Translations under genes and position numbers: made by a program
Shown: positions 51,572 to 64,000 of the stretch, piece by piece
Numbering within the stretch: the stretch's first letter is position 1
How the letters are laid out: the number at the start of each line of letters is the position of its first letter
The notes under the pieces: generated by a model
The model's input: only the letters and a program-made list of their open reading frames with translations
What the model was told of the DNA's origin: nothing
Database searches by the model: none
Source: Ginglymostoma cirratum
Lineage: Eukaryota
Length of the DNA stretch: 64,000 nt
Direction: 5' to 3'
Assembly (NCBI GenBank): GCA_024137785.1
Contig: JAHRHZ010000065.1
Coordinates: 14,547,724-14,611,723 of the forward strand

Positions 51572-52385
51572 AGTCATACAGTATAGAAACAGATCCTTTG
51601 GTCTGACTCGTCAATGCCAACCATGTCTCCCAAACTAAACTAGTCCCACTTGCTTGCATTTGGCCTATGTCCCTTTAAATCTCGCCTATTCATGTACCTG
51701 TCCAAATGTCTTTTACATGTTGTAATTGTACTAGCCTCTACCACTTCCTCTGGCAGTTCATTTCAAAAACAAACCACCTTGTATGTGAAAAATTTGCCCC
51801 TCAGGTCCTTTTTAAATTTTTTTCCTCTCACCTTAAAAATATGCCTCTAGTTTTGAAATCCCCCATGTTAGGGGAAAGGACTTTGCTTTTCATCTTATCT
51901 ATGCCCCACATGATTTTACAAAACTCAATAAGGTCACCCCTTAACCTCCTACGCTCCAGTCAAAGAAGTCCCAGCCTTTCCAGCCTCTCCTTATAACTCA
52001 AACCCTCTAATCCTGGAAATATCCTGGTAAATTTTCTCTGAACTCTTTCCAATTAAAAATACCCTTCAATAGCAGGGCAACCAGATTGCCACATAATACT
52101 CCAGAAGAGGCCTCGCCAACATCCTCAACATGATGTCCCAACTCCTATACTCAATGGTCTGAGCAATGAAGGCAAGCTTGATAAGTGCTTTCGTAACCTC
52201 CCAATCTGACTGTGATGCAATTTTCAAAGAACTATGTATCTGAACTCCTCGGTCTCTCTGTTTGACAACGCTACCCAGTTTCTACCATGAACTGTATAAG
52301 TCCTGCCCTTGTTTGCTTTATCAAATGCAATACCTCACATTTATCTAAATTCAACTCCATCTGTGACTCCTCAGCCCAAATGGCC
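51572..52385 (-). mobile_element. CR1 LINE 3' fragment
   Basis: Reverse complement of the CR1 C-terminal region seen at 39.5 kb and 59.3 kb (LERRRLRGDLIEF). 3' tail at the left end. Confidence 0.85.
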
Positions 52386-53104
52386 TCAGAGTTGGATGCA
52401 ATACTCCAGTATAGGCTGAACTAGTGTGTTAAACAAGGTTAAAACACCAGCAACCATCTTGCTTTTATACACCATGTCCCTATTAATACGTCCTAGGATG
52501 CTGTATGTTTTCTTAACTCTCTCCATCTGTCCTGCCACCTTCATTGATTTATGTACAATTACATCCAGATCCCTCAGGTCTGGCATCCTTTTTAAAATTG
52601 CACACTTTGTTTTATATTGTTTCTCTGTAGTCTTCCAACACAATGAATCACTTTAGACTTCCCTGCATTAAATTTCATTTGCCACTTGTCACTCATCTGT
52701 CCATTCTGACACTCATCTGTCCAAACAAATTTTCTGCATACTTTGAAACTCTACATTATCCTTCTCAAAATTCACATTACATTCAAGGTCAGTATTCAGT
52801 CTGTAAATTTTGAAATTGTGCCATAAATACTAAGGTGTTGGACATTATTCAATTTCAGGAAGAACATGGGTCTTGACGTCAAATCCTAGAGAACATAACT
52901 ATAAGCTTCCTTCCAGTCTCAAAGTCACCCATTAACCACTAAATTCTGTTTCCTATCACTCATCATTTTGTATTCATATTGGTATTGACGCTTATTTTAT
53001 GAGATATAACTTTGTTCAAATAGTACAGAAATCCATTTACACAACATCACTACCTTCACAAATCCTGAGTTACATCATCAAAAAACTTGAGCAAGTTAAA
53101 TATG

Positions 53105-53441
53105 AGCGGCACGCTGGCTCAATGGTAAGCATTGCTGCCTCACATCGCCAGGGATCCAGGTCTGGTTCCAGCCTCTGGCAACTTTCTAAGCAGAGTTTGC
53201 ACATTCTCCCTGTCTCTGGATGCTCCAGTTTCCTCCCACTGTCCAAAGATGTGGGGGTTAGGTGTACTGGCCATGCTAAGTTACCCATAGTGTCCACTGA
53301 TGTGCAGGCTAGGTGGGTTAACCATGAGAAATGCAGGTTTACAAGGATAGGGTAGGGGCTTGGGTCTGGGTGGCATGCTGTTTTAGGGTCGGTGTAAATT
53401 CATGGGCCAAATGGCTTGCTTCCACTTGTAGGGATTCTATG
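53105..53441 (+). mobile_element. HE1-type V-SINE
   Basis: Head gcggcacgctggctcaatggtaagcattgctgcc, V core gagtttgcacattctccc...gtttcctcccac, tail gattctatg, TSD-like taaa(t/c)atga. Confidence 0.85.
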
Positions 53442-53519
53442 AAATAAACATGATTTTCCCTAAACAAATCTATAGTGGCTTTCTCTAATTAGCATGCATT
53501 TGTTCAAGTTAAGTATTCA

Positions 53520-54417
53520 TGTTAAGATGGGTTCCTGTATCCAATATTTTATGGACTAGAGCTTAAAGTATTGTGGGTGTCTGGATTTTTTTAAACAGGT
53601 GAATGAAAGGACATTGGAACTTTTTTTTAATGCAAGGGATTTCTTAGAAACCACACTGTTGTAGATAATGCTGAGCTTGTTGCTTGAATACACTTTAAGG
53701 GAAGCACCTATTTTTACCTCCGAGTTTTATGGCTATTCCATTTGAACTGTATTATGCAGGCTTAAATTTCAGTTGAGAAGGTTTGATGAAAAGAACTGCT
53801 CAGCTGATATCTCCTATTACTGAGGCAGTTTTATAGTGAATCCAGTGTGAAACCTGATTATTCTGATTGAATAGTGACTGGACGACCTCTTGATACTGTG
53901 TTTCTGAGCAAGTTGCATCTGCCAGGTGCCCTGAGAAATCTGGCTATGTTGGTGACATGTCTCTACACATGCTTAAACATCTGATGGACAGCCATCTGAA
54001 CATTCCACACCTCACCGTTTTTAACTCCCTTTAAGAACTAAAACTTATTAGACAAATATTTCCAGAACTGAATTGCTGTAGATAGAAATCTATTCTTTAC
54101 TCTTTTCGCAGTGTGATTGGGGTGTGTTTGTGTGCGTAGGCCTGTGCTTGGAGTTATTGAGAGTAGTAAGCATTTCCATTTCCAAATTACAAACTATGTG
54201 GTAATCAGCTTTTTATCTTCTTGTAATATGATTTTTGAGAACAGGTCACCGATTTGTTGTTTATTAAAGAAACCTGTTTGATAGGTCATTATATTCCAAG
54301 TACAATATAGAAAAAGCATGCAACTGGTCATATTGGGGACAGGATAAAACAATTAAATTTTGAAAGACTAACAGCTTAGAGAAAGATAGTGTAACTCTTC
54401 CCAACTCGGTTATAACA
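53520..54417. mobile_element. Possible solo LTR
   Basis: ~900-bp block bounded by TGTTA...TAACA that interrupts the CR1 remnant. Internal ATTAAA; no clear TSD. Confidence 0.35.
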
Positions 54418-56072
54418 GAACCTTCGCCACCACTGACATTAAATTTACTGGCTTGCTGTTGTTGGGCTTATTTTTACATCATTTTTGAACAGTTTTATTA
54501 AGGTTTCTAGCTCGAGATCTCTGACACCAACCTAAAGTCTATAAAAGATTGTAAAATTACGGTCAATGCCCCCACAATTTCCACTCTCACTTCCTTCAGC
54601 ATCTCTGGATGCATCCCATCTCACCATGGTGTCTTTTCAGTACCTATCATTCTATATCTTTCAATTCCTAATTAATACTTCATACATCAATTTTAAACCC
54701 TTCAAGTGTTAAGTTATCCCTTTCTTACTGACCTGTGAAGCATTATCTTATTGGTAAAAACAAATGCAAAGCATTCATTTCGTGCCTCAATCTTGCCCCC
54801 ATGCGTAAATTCTCTCTTTGTTTTGAGCTGACCCCACTCCTCCATTTAGCATTCTTCCTAATTATATGCCTATAGAAGACTTTTCAATTACTTTTTTAAA
54901 ATTAGTTACCGGTCTTGTCCCTTTCTTTGCTTTTTCAATCCTCCTTTGAACCTTCTATAAGCAGACTGGTTCTGAATTGCATTATCTAGCTGACATCTGG
55001 TCAATAAGCATACTTTTTCTTAATCCCTGCATCTTTTGTTATCCAGGGAGCAGTGGATTCTTTTATGCCCTGCTTTTCACCTTTGTGGGAATATACATTG
55101 ATTGTGCTAAACTCGCTCTTCTTTAAGGTAGCCAATTTTTTTGTTAGTCTTGCCTGCCAAACTTTAAATCAAATTTATCTGGTTCAAATCCAATAAGTCC
55201 CATTGAAGTTTGTTTGCCCCATTTAATTATTCTCACCCTGATTGTTCCCTAACCTTTTCCATAGCTAACCTAAACATTCTGATTCAATTATTTCTGTTCC
55301 ATAAATTCTCCCTGACTGATACTTGGCCTAACTCATGACAAAGATTCAGGTCTGACAGTGCATCCTTTCAAATTGGAATGGAAAACATATTGCTATAGAA
55401 AGTTTTCCTGAAGGTCCTCTAGGAGATCATGTCCTTCTGTCTGCTTTACACCACAACTACTACTACCACGACTATTATTATTATTGTGGTCTATATTCAG
55501 ATAATTAAACTCCTTCACTGTAACTGCATTATAATTCTCACACCTTACTGTAATTTCCTTGCAAAATTGTTTCTCAACATCTTTCCAGCTGCTGGAGGCA
55601 ATGTGCTGAGCAATGCAATTACACCTTTCTGACACTAAACAAAAAACAAAGAAGTGCAGATGCGAGAAATCGGAAACCCCTTTGTTACACCATTTTTATT
55701 CCTTGGTTCTAATATGTTTTATCTTTGAGTCATATAAAACATTTTCTCTCTCCAGCACTGCAATATTCCCCTTAATTGATATAGCCACACCTTCTTTCCT
55801 AAATTTTCAAAACACCTGAAATATTCAATATCCTGTCAAGCCCTTCTTTAAGGCAGGTCTCTGCTATAGCTGTATTATATTTTCACAACTTCAAATTTGA
55901 AAATTTACACTGCAAGTGTAAAATTATATTTTGTTCTAGTCTCTGAAGATGTGGCTTCTATTTTCAAACATTCAAGTTGCAGCAACCGACATTCTGAAGT
56001 CTTAGAAAAGTAAAACTCCACCAAAACTCTGAACCTGCACTCCATGTGCAGATGCTTCCTTTGAATACCTAC

Positions 56073-56260
56073 CTTGATTTTTTTGGTTTTGGGGGCATTT
56101 CTTGCTTTTTCTGTGCTTCTCTTTCTCTTCTTCGCCTTGGCTCTCTTTACTCTGTTAACTGTAAGTGTGATGCTGGTGGGTGTGTGTTGTGTCGCAGTGT
56201 ATGACACTGTCGATGGTGAGACTTCCTCATCCCCACTCTCAGTTGCACTGCTATCTCCAC
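56073..56260 (-). CDS. SETD5: SETD5 coding exon, 188 nt: [34 protein letters not shown]...KTKKIK
   Basis: ccccag|GTGGA...ATCAAG|gtaggt, inside ORF 55905..56288. Contains the [14 protein letters not shown] signature and an NLS-like basic tract. Confidence 0.95.
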
Positions 56261-57032
56261 CTGGGGAGAAAGATGATTTCATCCACAAATTCGTTAAACA
56301 AATGAAGTCAATTTCCTGGATGACTTGTCAGCTCCATTGCCTTAACTTCAGTTGTCGATTCAAGAAATTCACTACGAAACACTGAATAACTCAGTGCATC
56401 AACAGGGCTATATATACTGCACCTGTTTGCTGCAGCAAATACTGCAAGGTGCAATAGTTACAAGTAGATGGAATAAGCTTTCTCTTCTCTATTTCATTAG
56501 CAGGCATTTAGCAAAATAAGCAGAATATTAAGAATAAACTGTAGTTTGTGAATTGGTACACAAAGTGCGAGAGATGCCACATGGTGAATCATGAGTGATA
56601 ATGTCCTAATTGAACAATTAACAATTTTAACAGCACTGCAAGCTTTTTAAGTGAACAACAGTTAAATGCCGAATGAATAAACACCAGTGTGTTTCTGAAT
56701 TGTTTAAAACTTTTTGAAATGAGAACTAGTCCTTTTAAAAATGGAAGTGTTGTTCAGCAAGAGTTACCACACTCAGCAGTGCCAACGATTGATACCATTG
56801 TTTTAACACCTCAGAGCCACTGCATTAGTTCAACATTTTCTCACAGAATGGTGTCCCAGCATTACTTCCTACCAAGTAGTTTTGAAATCACTGGTTCCCT
56901 TTTAAAACAAAAAATCTAAATACTGTAGAACAAGATGTTATAAAATATCATTGACAAATCACTGAGACTGTACTCCGTGCTAATAATAAAATGAAGAGAA
57001 AAAAAGCATCCAAATAAATGTTTTCTCCTTAC

Positions 57033-57091
57033 CAGACACATTCTCCTGCTTCCTGCGCTGCAGTCTGATGACCTTCCGCCTGTCCAGCCCC
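57033..57091 (-). CDS. SETD5: SETD5 coding exon, 59 nt: GLDRRKVIRLQRRKQENVS
   Basis: ttttcacag|G...TCTG|gtaagg, phase 2 to 1. Matches SETD5 GMSRGKVIRLHRRKQDNIS. Confidence 0.92.
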
Positions 57092-57521
57092 CTGTGAAAA
57101 TCAACACCGATTACAACACAATGAATTACTGATGATCAAACCTGTAACCAAGAATTTTAAATCAGTGTTGATTCAGCTTCTCTCAAAGGCTACATTACTC
57201 CATAAAAAGTAAATTATAAACGGAGTCATTAAGTACTACAATAAGTTGCTTCGAGAAATATTATCATTTAGTGGCATTAGTTTTTCGGTGTTTTTAAAAA
57301 AATACAACGAAATCCTGAACACACAGGGTGCTGTGTGCTATTTATAAACATAAATCAACTAATTGCAAACAATAATAAAACAGCTGTTAATTGGTCTTTC
57401 ACTCATGTTTTTTTTTCTTGGGAGGTGTTCCTTTAGTGAGCTCTTTTGGAGTTCATGCCAAATCACTGAACCAACTGTGCCTGTTCAAAAATTCCCTTAG
57501 ATGTCTAGTGCCACTTCATAC

Positions 57522-57733
57522 CTGCAATTTTCGCAAGCGATAATAAAACCATCCTGAGTTAAACTACAATGGCACCAAGGAATGTTCTCATCCTCAGATG
57601 AACTGTCACTATCTTCAGAATTATCATCATATCGCTGGCAACGTAGACTATTAAGCTCTACTCGGGCAATGATGGTCTGTGGAGGTGGTGAAGCTGGGGG
57701 TGTTGGAGGAGGTGGAGCACCATAGTTGTGGTC
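57522..57733 (-). CDS. SETD5: SETD5 coding exon, 212 nt: DHNYGAPPPPTPPASPPPQTIIAR...WCHCSLTQDGFIIACENCR
   Basis: ttttaag|GAC...TGCAG|gtatga, inside ORF 57497..57778. Carries DHNY and the first half of a PHD-like motif (CxC...CxxC). Internal acceptor at 57676. Confidence 0.93.
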
Positions 57734-59257
57734 CTTAAAATAAAAGGACAAGTCATGAAAACACAAAATAAGTGACACAGAATAGAAGAAAACACAAAGC
57801 AGTATTGAGGCAAACAGGTCTGGAACAACTGACTTTTCAGTATAATTTCTTTATTACCTCAACATTATAAACCAACTTCCTTTATGCACATAATAGTCAA
57901 TATAAAATGCTATTCAATTGTTTTTCAATTCATTTTCTCATTTAAACAAATATTTTAAGAAACAATTATCATACATGGAATTTTCACACGAACCATGCCT
58001 GAAGTCACTCTGTCCAAACTGTAGCATAATCCAAACCAAAGAGGTCAAAACATATTCTGTACTAATTTCAACCATAGGGACATCATGTTAAATACAAGCT
58101 CGAAACATTTCTCAGATAATCTAAGAATTTGGTAACTTAATATAAATGGTAAAGCACAGATGGTTCTGTCTTGATCTAAAGTATGACAAAAAGCTACATT
58201 CAATATATTACTATTACTACACTACCTGTATCCAAACCTTGAAATTAACTGAATAAGGCCCAGTGCAAAAGGCAGCTGAATGGCATCAATTTCCACGTGT
58301 CTCTAATTCTAGCTGGAACACAGTACGTGATTTTGCTTCCCTGCTTTGTAACTTCCATTCCCCCCTCAATTTTAAATGGAGTGCTCATTTAGCTTCTTTC
58401 TTTCCTCATCATTTCCTGAGCATAAGCAGTGACACTGAGTGCAAAAGCCACTTGTAATTGAGTCAAAGTATCTGAAATCTTCTTCAGAGTCTCACTGATA
58501 ACCTCAGCCAATACTGCACCAGTAGGAAAACCATATTCTATAGGAAAACATTCTGATGCACCACTACAAAGTATATTTGTTAACTGCCATTAGAGTTGAC
58601 TAGTTATAAAAGCAAACACATTGCACACGTTAAACTTTTGGAATAAGGTACTGAATTGACTTTCAACATGGGCTGGGTTCTCCTTTCATATAAACATAGC
58701 ATTTTAACTATGATATTTCTCATTTAAACAACATTAATTTTCATAAACAGGAAGAAACAGCCTCAAATTTCTCTTTCCTTAAGCAGATGAAAACCGCATG
58801 GTCAGATTAAAAGGTTTGGTATCTTGAGGCATGCACCATCTTAAGATCAGGTGAAAAGGGCAAACAGTTTGCTTCCTTGGGAAGAAAGCCACCAATAAAC
58901 CATACACCTTTATAATTGTAAAGAAGACTACTCCTAATATTGCTCTCGAGTACAGAACGAATAAAGATAGATTCTGAAGGTGTATTACACCTGGAAAGCA
59001 GTCAACCGTCTATGTCAGTAAGGAACTGCTGCATGGACATTGCCAGTGATAAGTAAATAATTTGAACATAAAAACAGAAAATGCTGGAAATATTCAGCTA
59101 GTTCAGTAACACCTGCAGAGACAGAAACTGGGCTGGATTTTCATTTCCAAATGGAGGCGGGAACATGTTAGAGAGAGTAAAATATTTATTTTTTTGATTG
59201 CAAATTCCAGACTCCCATCCATTTTTTGTGTGGCTTTTTTTTTACTGGTCAGGCAGA

Positions 59258-59975
59258 AAGATGAAGTCCTGGGGATGTTGCTGAACAAAGAGATCTTGAA
59301 GTTCAGGTTCACAGTTCCTTGAAAGTGGAGTCGGCGGTAGATAGGATAGTGAAGGCGACGTTTGGTATGCTTGCCTTTATTGGTCAGTGCATTGAGTAGA
59401 GGAATTAGGTGGTCATGTGGTGGCTGTACAGGACACTTGTTTGGCCACTTTTGGAGTATTGCGTGCAATTCTGGTCTCCCTCTAATTGGGAGGACATTGT
59501 GAAACTAGGAAGGGTTCAGAAAAGATTTACGAGGGTTGGACGGTTTGAGCTACAGAGACAGGCTGAATTGGCTGGGGCTATTTTCCCTGGAGCGTGGAAG
59601 CTGAGTAGTAACCTTATAGAGGTTTTTAAGGTCATGAAGGGTATGGATAGGGTAAATAGGCAAGGTCTTTTCCCTGGGGTGGGAAGTCCAAACCTAGAGG
59701 GCACAGGTTTAAGACGAGAGGGGAAAGATATAAAAGGGACCCAAGGGGCAGCTTTTTCACACAGGGTGGTGTGGGTTTGGAATGAGCTGCCAAAGGAAGT
59801 GGTGGGGGCGGGTACGCTTACAACATTTAAAAGACATCTGATTGGATATATGAATAGGAAGGGTTTTAGAGGGCTGTGGGCCAAATACTGGCAAATGTGA
59901 CTAGATTTATATCGGATACCTGGTCGGCATAAACAAGTTGGACCGAAGGATCTGTTTCCATGCTGTATATCTCCA
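59258..59975 (+). mobile_element. CR1 LINE 3' fragment
   Basis: ORF 59409 LYRTLVWPLLEYCVQFWSP...VQKRFTR...VWNELP...TFKRHL. Confidence 0.92.
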
Positions 59976-60961
59976 TCACTCAGTGGCCATAATTGCAAGC
60001 CTTGTATGCACCTCTTCTCAAATTAGCGTCGACATTGTGAGCACCAGGAAATTTGAATTTCCTTCTTCATATTGCGTGTGTGCTCGCATGTGTTCGCAGT
60101 AGATCTGGAACCCCATAAAGAAGGTTCGAGAGCCTATGACCAATGGGAGAAAGCAGCTGAGAATTGTGGGATATTCTGACAGCTGTGCGTCAATTGTTTT
60201 GACACATCCAAATCTCAAAATTAGGTGCTGCATTAAAACATGCATCTCCACATCAACAATAACCTGAGGCGTCTTGATAGTTGACAGTAACTGAGAGTGA
60301 GGGAACATAAGAATATGTCGGTGATCTGGGCTAATATCCTAACAAACCAAGATCGGCCTTCACGCCAGCCCACTTTGACACCTGCACTCGTTGGAAACTG
60401 CCTCAGGACTCAGAAAACCCAAACCATCCTCACCCATGCCTTTAGGAGACAGAAATATGGCAGATATGAACAAAGGTGTCAGGCTTGCGATTTGAAATTG
60501 GGAAATTGCCCAATTCACATTTCTTGGTCTTAACACAAAAATCAAGCTCAGAGTATGCATTTCAAGTTGTGATCTTTCATCATAAACGTTTCTGGCATTT
60601 TGCAATAGAAGACAACAAAAGCAATTCAATTTATTTTAAATACATTGCAGGTTTAAAGATTGACAAATTTCAAACAATCGTAACAATTTTTGCAAGAAAA
60701 AAGGTTTTTATTGTTTGGCAATATTGTTTGATGAGTTCAGGCAGTGTCACAGAAAAGGTAATAGGGAACTATAGGTTTCCTAAACAACTGAGTAATTTAA
60801 AAAAGATGCAAAAATTCTCATTCTGTCGCAGAGTACATCCCAGCATATGATACATGTCTAGCAAGCGTAAATGAGCCATGGGACAAGTTTGAACGATTAA
60901 CTTAAATTGGTTAAATTATTTCAAAGGAATAATCTGGCTTTCTTCTTTATCCACTGAGGTA

Positions 60962-61091
60962 GCAAAAACTGTAGAAGCTGCAGCCAGAGGCAACACAGCG
61001 TGGAGCAGGTCAGGCAGCATCACAGGAGTAGGAAAGTTGATGTGTTGGGCCGGGACCCTTCTTCAGAAAATTCACACTGTGTTGTCTCTTG
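60962..61091. mobile_element. Truncated fold-back family A element
   Basis: Minus core CTGAAGAAGGGTCCCGGCCCAACAC (decayed), short inverted arm, 12-bp TSD TCCACTGAGGTA (60950-60961, 61092-61103). Confidence 0.8.
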
Positions 61092-61938
61092 TCCACTGAG
61101 GTATTGCTTTTAATGTCTATGAACCTTAATTCCCAAATCTTTTCACTCCTCCATGTCATTTAGCTTTTTTTTCTCCATTTGAAGTACAGTTATTTTCCTT
61201 TTATTAACATGTACTAAATTCCAGTTAGTAACAATGAATTCTGCTCATTTTGCCTGATAAGTATCCATTTGCAATTTCCTTTGATCCTCAGAATTATTTA
61301 CTGTGCCTCACGTTTCAGTAGCATCAGCAAATTATCTCTATCCAAATCACTGAAGTGCACAGTAAACAGCAACAATTCCAAAACAGAACTCTGCAGAATT
61401 CCACTACCTAATACTAATCACTTTGGGATATTTTCCCCCACTCCTAATTCTCATTGCCTCCCTTTCAAATATTTTTTACTCCTTTTTTCTATCTTTCCCT
61501 AATTAACACCTGTTAAATCTTGTACAACAGTCTCAGTTTGTACTAGCTATTTCATATGTAGAGCTCGGGGACACATATGTTCATCTTGCTGGTTAGAAAG
61601 TGATGTCCTTTCATGTTTGTGCAATTTTTTTTTTCCTCTTTCAAATCAACTGCATGTTTAAGACTTAAATGGCTTTAAAATGGGATTTTCCTGATGAGAA
61701 TGATCGCCAAAATGGTTGGATTTACCCACTGAACTTTGGATGATCTGATCATGTGTGTCCTGCACCCAAGTGACCCCAAAGGCATTCTGGAGCCACATTT
61801 GTGCTGGGTGCTGCTTGCAGGTCTGACTGGAGGTATAATGTACACACTGTTTTGTGCTTCAGACCGGCATCTAATTGTCATCCGGATAGGACTACATGGC
61901 TAGCATAGCTTCTGGTGAAACAGAACTTGCTTACTTAC

Positions 61939-62044
61939 AGCATATGGCAGACCTCTATACCCATGATGTTGTGCAGTCCCATAGTTGTGATTTGAGTAGC
62001 TGTTCTTCTCAGCAACTGCAGGGCTAGCTTCCACCAACTCTGGG
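61939..62044 (-). CDS. SETD5: SETD5 coding exon, 106 nt: (D)[35 protein letters not shown]
   Basis: ttttag|CCCAGAG...TATGCT|gtaagt. Matches the recalled SETD5 N-terminus ([35 protein letters not shown]). Not in the ORF track. Confidence 0.93.
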
Positions 62045-64000
62045 CTAAAACAATAAAAGCAAAGTCAAAATATCATTTGTTTGCAATTTTTCCTCTGCAG
62101 CTTCAAAAATTTTGTTTTTCTCATTGGAACTTAATCCTTTAGACATCAAATGAGGCTTTCACTTTTCCCTTAGCCTTGCTGCCACAGTTCAACACCTCAT
62201 GCCTTCTCTCGTCACCTCTAACCAAGGCAACATGAGGCAAAAATATAATTTGTAAAGCGGGACTAATACGTTTCTCCATATTCACTCACAGCGCACTGCT
62301 AGTAATAAGGCCAGTATTTATTTTCCACCCCTAACTACTGGAATATGGCAATGAGTTGTTTTCTTGACCAAGCATGAGAGTGGTCAAAGGCAGAATGCAG
62401 AAGGGGAGTGGGAAAAGATGGCTTTTGAGAGGGGATGCGGAAGACAGAGAGCGAGAGCGTGAGAGATTTTCACAGAATCAAATTGACTTGGGAACCCTTA
62501 AAAAAAATGACAGCCAGAACCCAATTCCAGAATTTCCGACTCCAAACTTGGGTTCTCCTATTTTAACCAGGGCCTTTAAAAAGCACAGACTGGATCAGGT
62601 CACAATCCTGTACCCAACACTCTCAACCTGGACTGCTCCATTGCGAAGCTCAGCAGAGCCTACTGCACAATTTTCTTGAAGTTCAGTCAGGCTTTTAAAT
62701 GAACATGTACCATAGTTGTGCATACAAGAACCTTTTGGAAGATAAGTTCAAAGGGTGTTCCAGTTCCCCATACTAAGGCGTGTCCTTCAAATGCGCACCC
62801 TGGCTCCTCAGGTTCTCCATCCCAGAGTATGTCCCTCCTGTGATGCTCTACAGCCTTTTGTACCCCAAGCCAAATAAAGCTTCTTCAACCAACTCCAATG
62901 GCCCATCATGACCAACCAAGCAATAGTATGCTACTTTCATGCCCAGTCACCCACTCTATGGTGGATAGAATTAATGACCTCATTAAAAAAAAAATGCTTT
63001 AAGACATGATAATTCATTTTGTTAACACCAATAAGTTTAAAAATAATTGTGTCCTGAAACTTCTATTGAGCTGTAACCATTCAGACATTTTAAATATTCA
63101 ACTCACTCTCCAACCTGAAAAAAAGAGGAAACAGGCTGAAAACCAGTGAAGCCCATACAAACAAGCAGTGAAACCTTAGCAGAGATCAGTCAGGGAGAGC
63201 TACCAAACAAGCTAGGGCCCAAAATAATGCAAGGTAGTAAAGATTCTCAGATTTCCTCAGATGATGAAGCTTGTCTGAGAGGACAGACAACCATCATTGA
63301 TTGAAATCTCTGTTTGTGATCTTGATCAATTACACATTGCTTTTCAGATATTGAAACTTTAAAAGGTCTGGATAATTGAAACCTTTATTGGGTTTCAGTG
63401 AGTGGAGGTGTTTTTTTCCCTAAAAGAAACACTAGAGGCATTATCAAAGTTTTTCTTAAACACATCCAACTGTGCAGTGGTGGAAAATGCCCAGAACCTC
63501 CATCACAACAGACAGCAGACTGACTGACTCAAACATCATGTCTACTGACAAGTAATTCCCAGGGCAAATAGCAGTCACAAAGTACTTGCTGGACCTTTAT
63601 TATGATTGGGACAAAAAAGACAAACACCTCAACTTTCTCCTTCCCTGTAGACTTGGCGTGCAAAAACTCCTTCAAATCGCACATTCTGCCTCTGGAGGAG
63701 CAGCAAGATCATGAGAGGGGTCTTGTGACCAGGGGAGGTGGAGAGGCCAGTGTCAAGAGAACAGAATCTGTGATTGGAGCAGCAGTTTTGCCTTTTCCAT
63801 GCTGGCTACTCCTCCAATCGCAACTTTGCGATCAGTTCCCACGCTTTCTAACTGCAGAGCTGCAATTTTTTAAAAATCCGATAGGAAGGCTGGTAAAGAT
63901 ATTTAAAATGGTGAACTTGTGAGATGCGGAAGTCAGACAACTGCTAAATAACAGAAATTTCTCAACCCTGTCTTGATCCAACTGGGTGGCCTGCAACAGC

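Larger units (their letters stand above)
52386..55880 (-). mobile_element. Older fragmented CR1 remnant hosting nested insertions (approximate)
   Basis: RDLDVIVH...LVQPILEYCIQL (ORF 52386..52643). Degenerate CR1-like sequence resumes after 54420. Confidence 0.6.

Noticed and set aside
57440-57475. ttcag-tgatttggcat as a remnant of the missing second PHD exon
   Set aside because: Stop codon in the required phase, no H/C ligand pattern and no suitable donor.
59409-59998. 160-aa ORFs on both strands
   Set aside because: A CR1 ORF2 3' fragment and its antisense frame, not a host gene.
62045-64000. Start-codon exon (MSIAIPLGV...) or promoter
   Set aside because: No matching sequence or CpG island seen; the region looks like intronic repeat debris.

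Overview
Vertebrate genomic DNA, most likely a shark (inferred from HE1-type V-SINEs and Deu-domain SINEs). The window is the interior of one minus-strand gene, SETD5 (SET3/UpSET/KMT2E family). I traced 18 coding exons by hand from 62044 down to 422. Their splice phases are continuous and total 3367 nt (1 nt + 1122 codons). The ATG exon and the C-terminal exons lie outside the window. Splicing features include 39-nt and 57-nt probable cassette exons, an internal acceptor that removes the DHNY HCF-1-binding motif, a GC-AG donor and a candidate poison exon. Introns hold CR1 and RTE LINE remnants, SINEs and a Tc1/pogo-type MITE. The most striking non-genic signal is about ten short Penelope-like (PLE) terminal-repeat insertions from several families. 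Most are fold-back palindromes with arms starting at a minimal hammerhead-ribozyme core (CUGANGA-stem II-GAAAC-GUC), a one-sided ~25-40 nt tail and, where resolvable, 10-15 bp target-site duplications (TSDs). A ~1 kb inverted PLE relic retains a GIY-YIG endonuclease fragment. Both 400-N gaps fall inside these palindromes. All comparisons to human SETD5/KMT2E and repeat families are from recall, not database searches.
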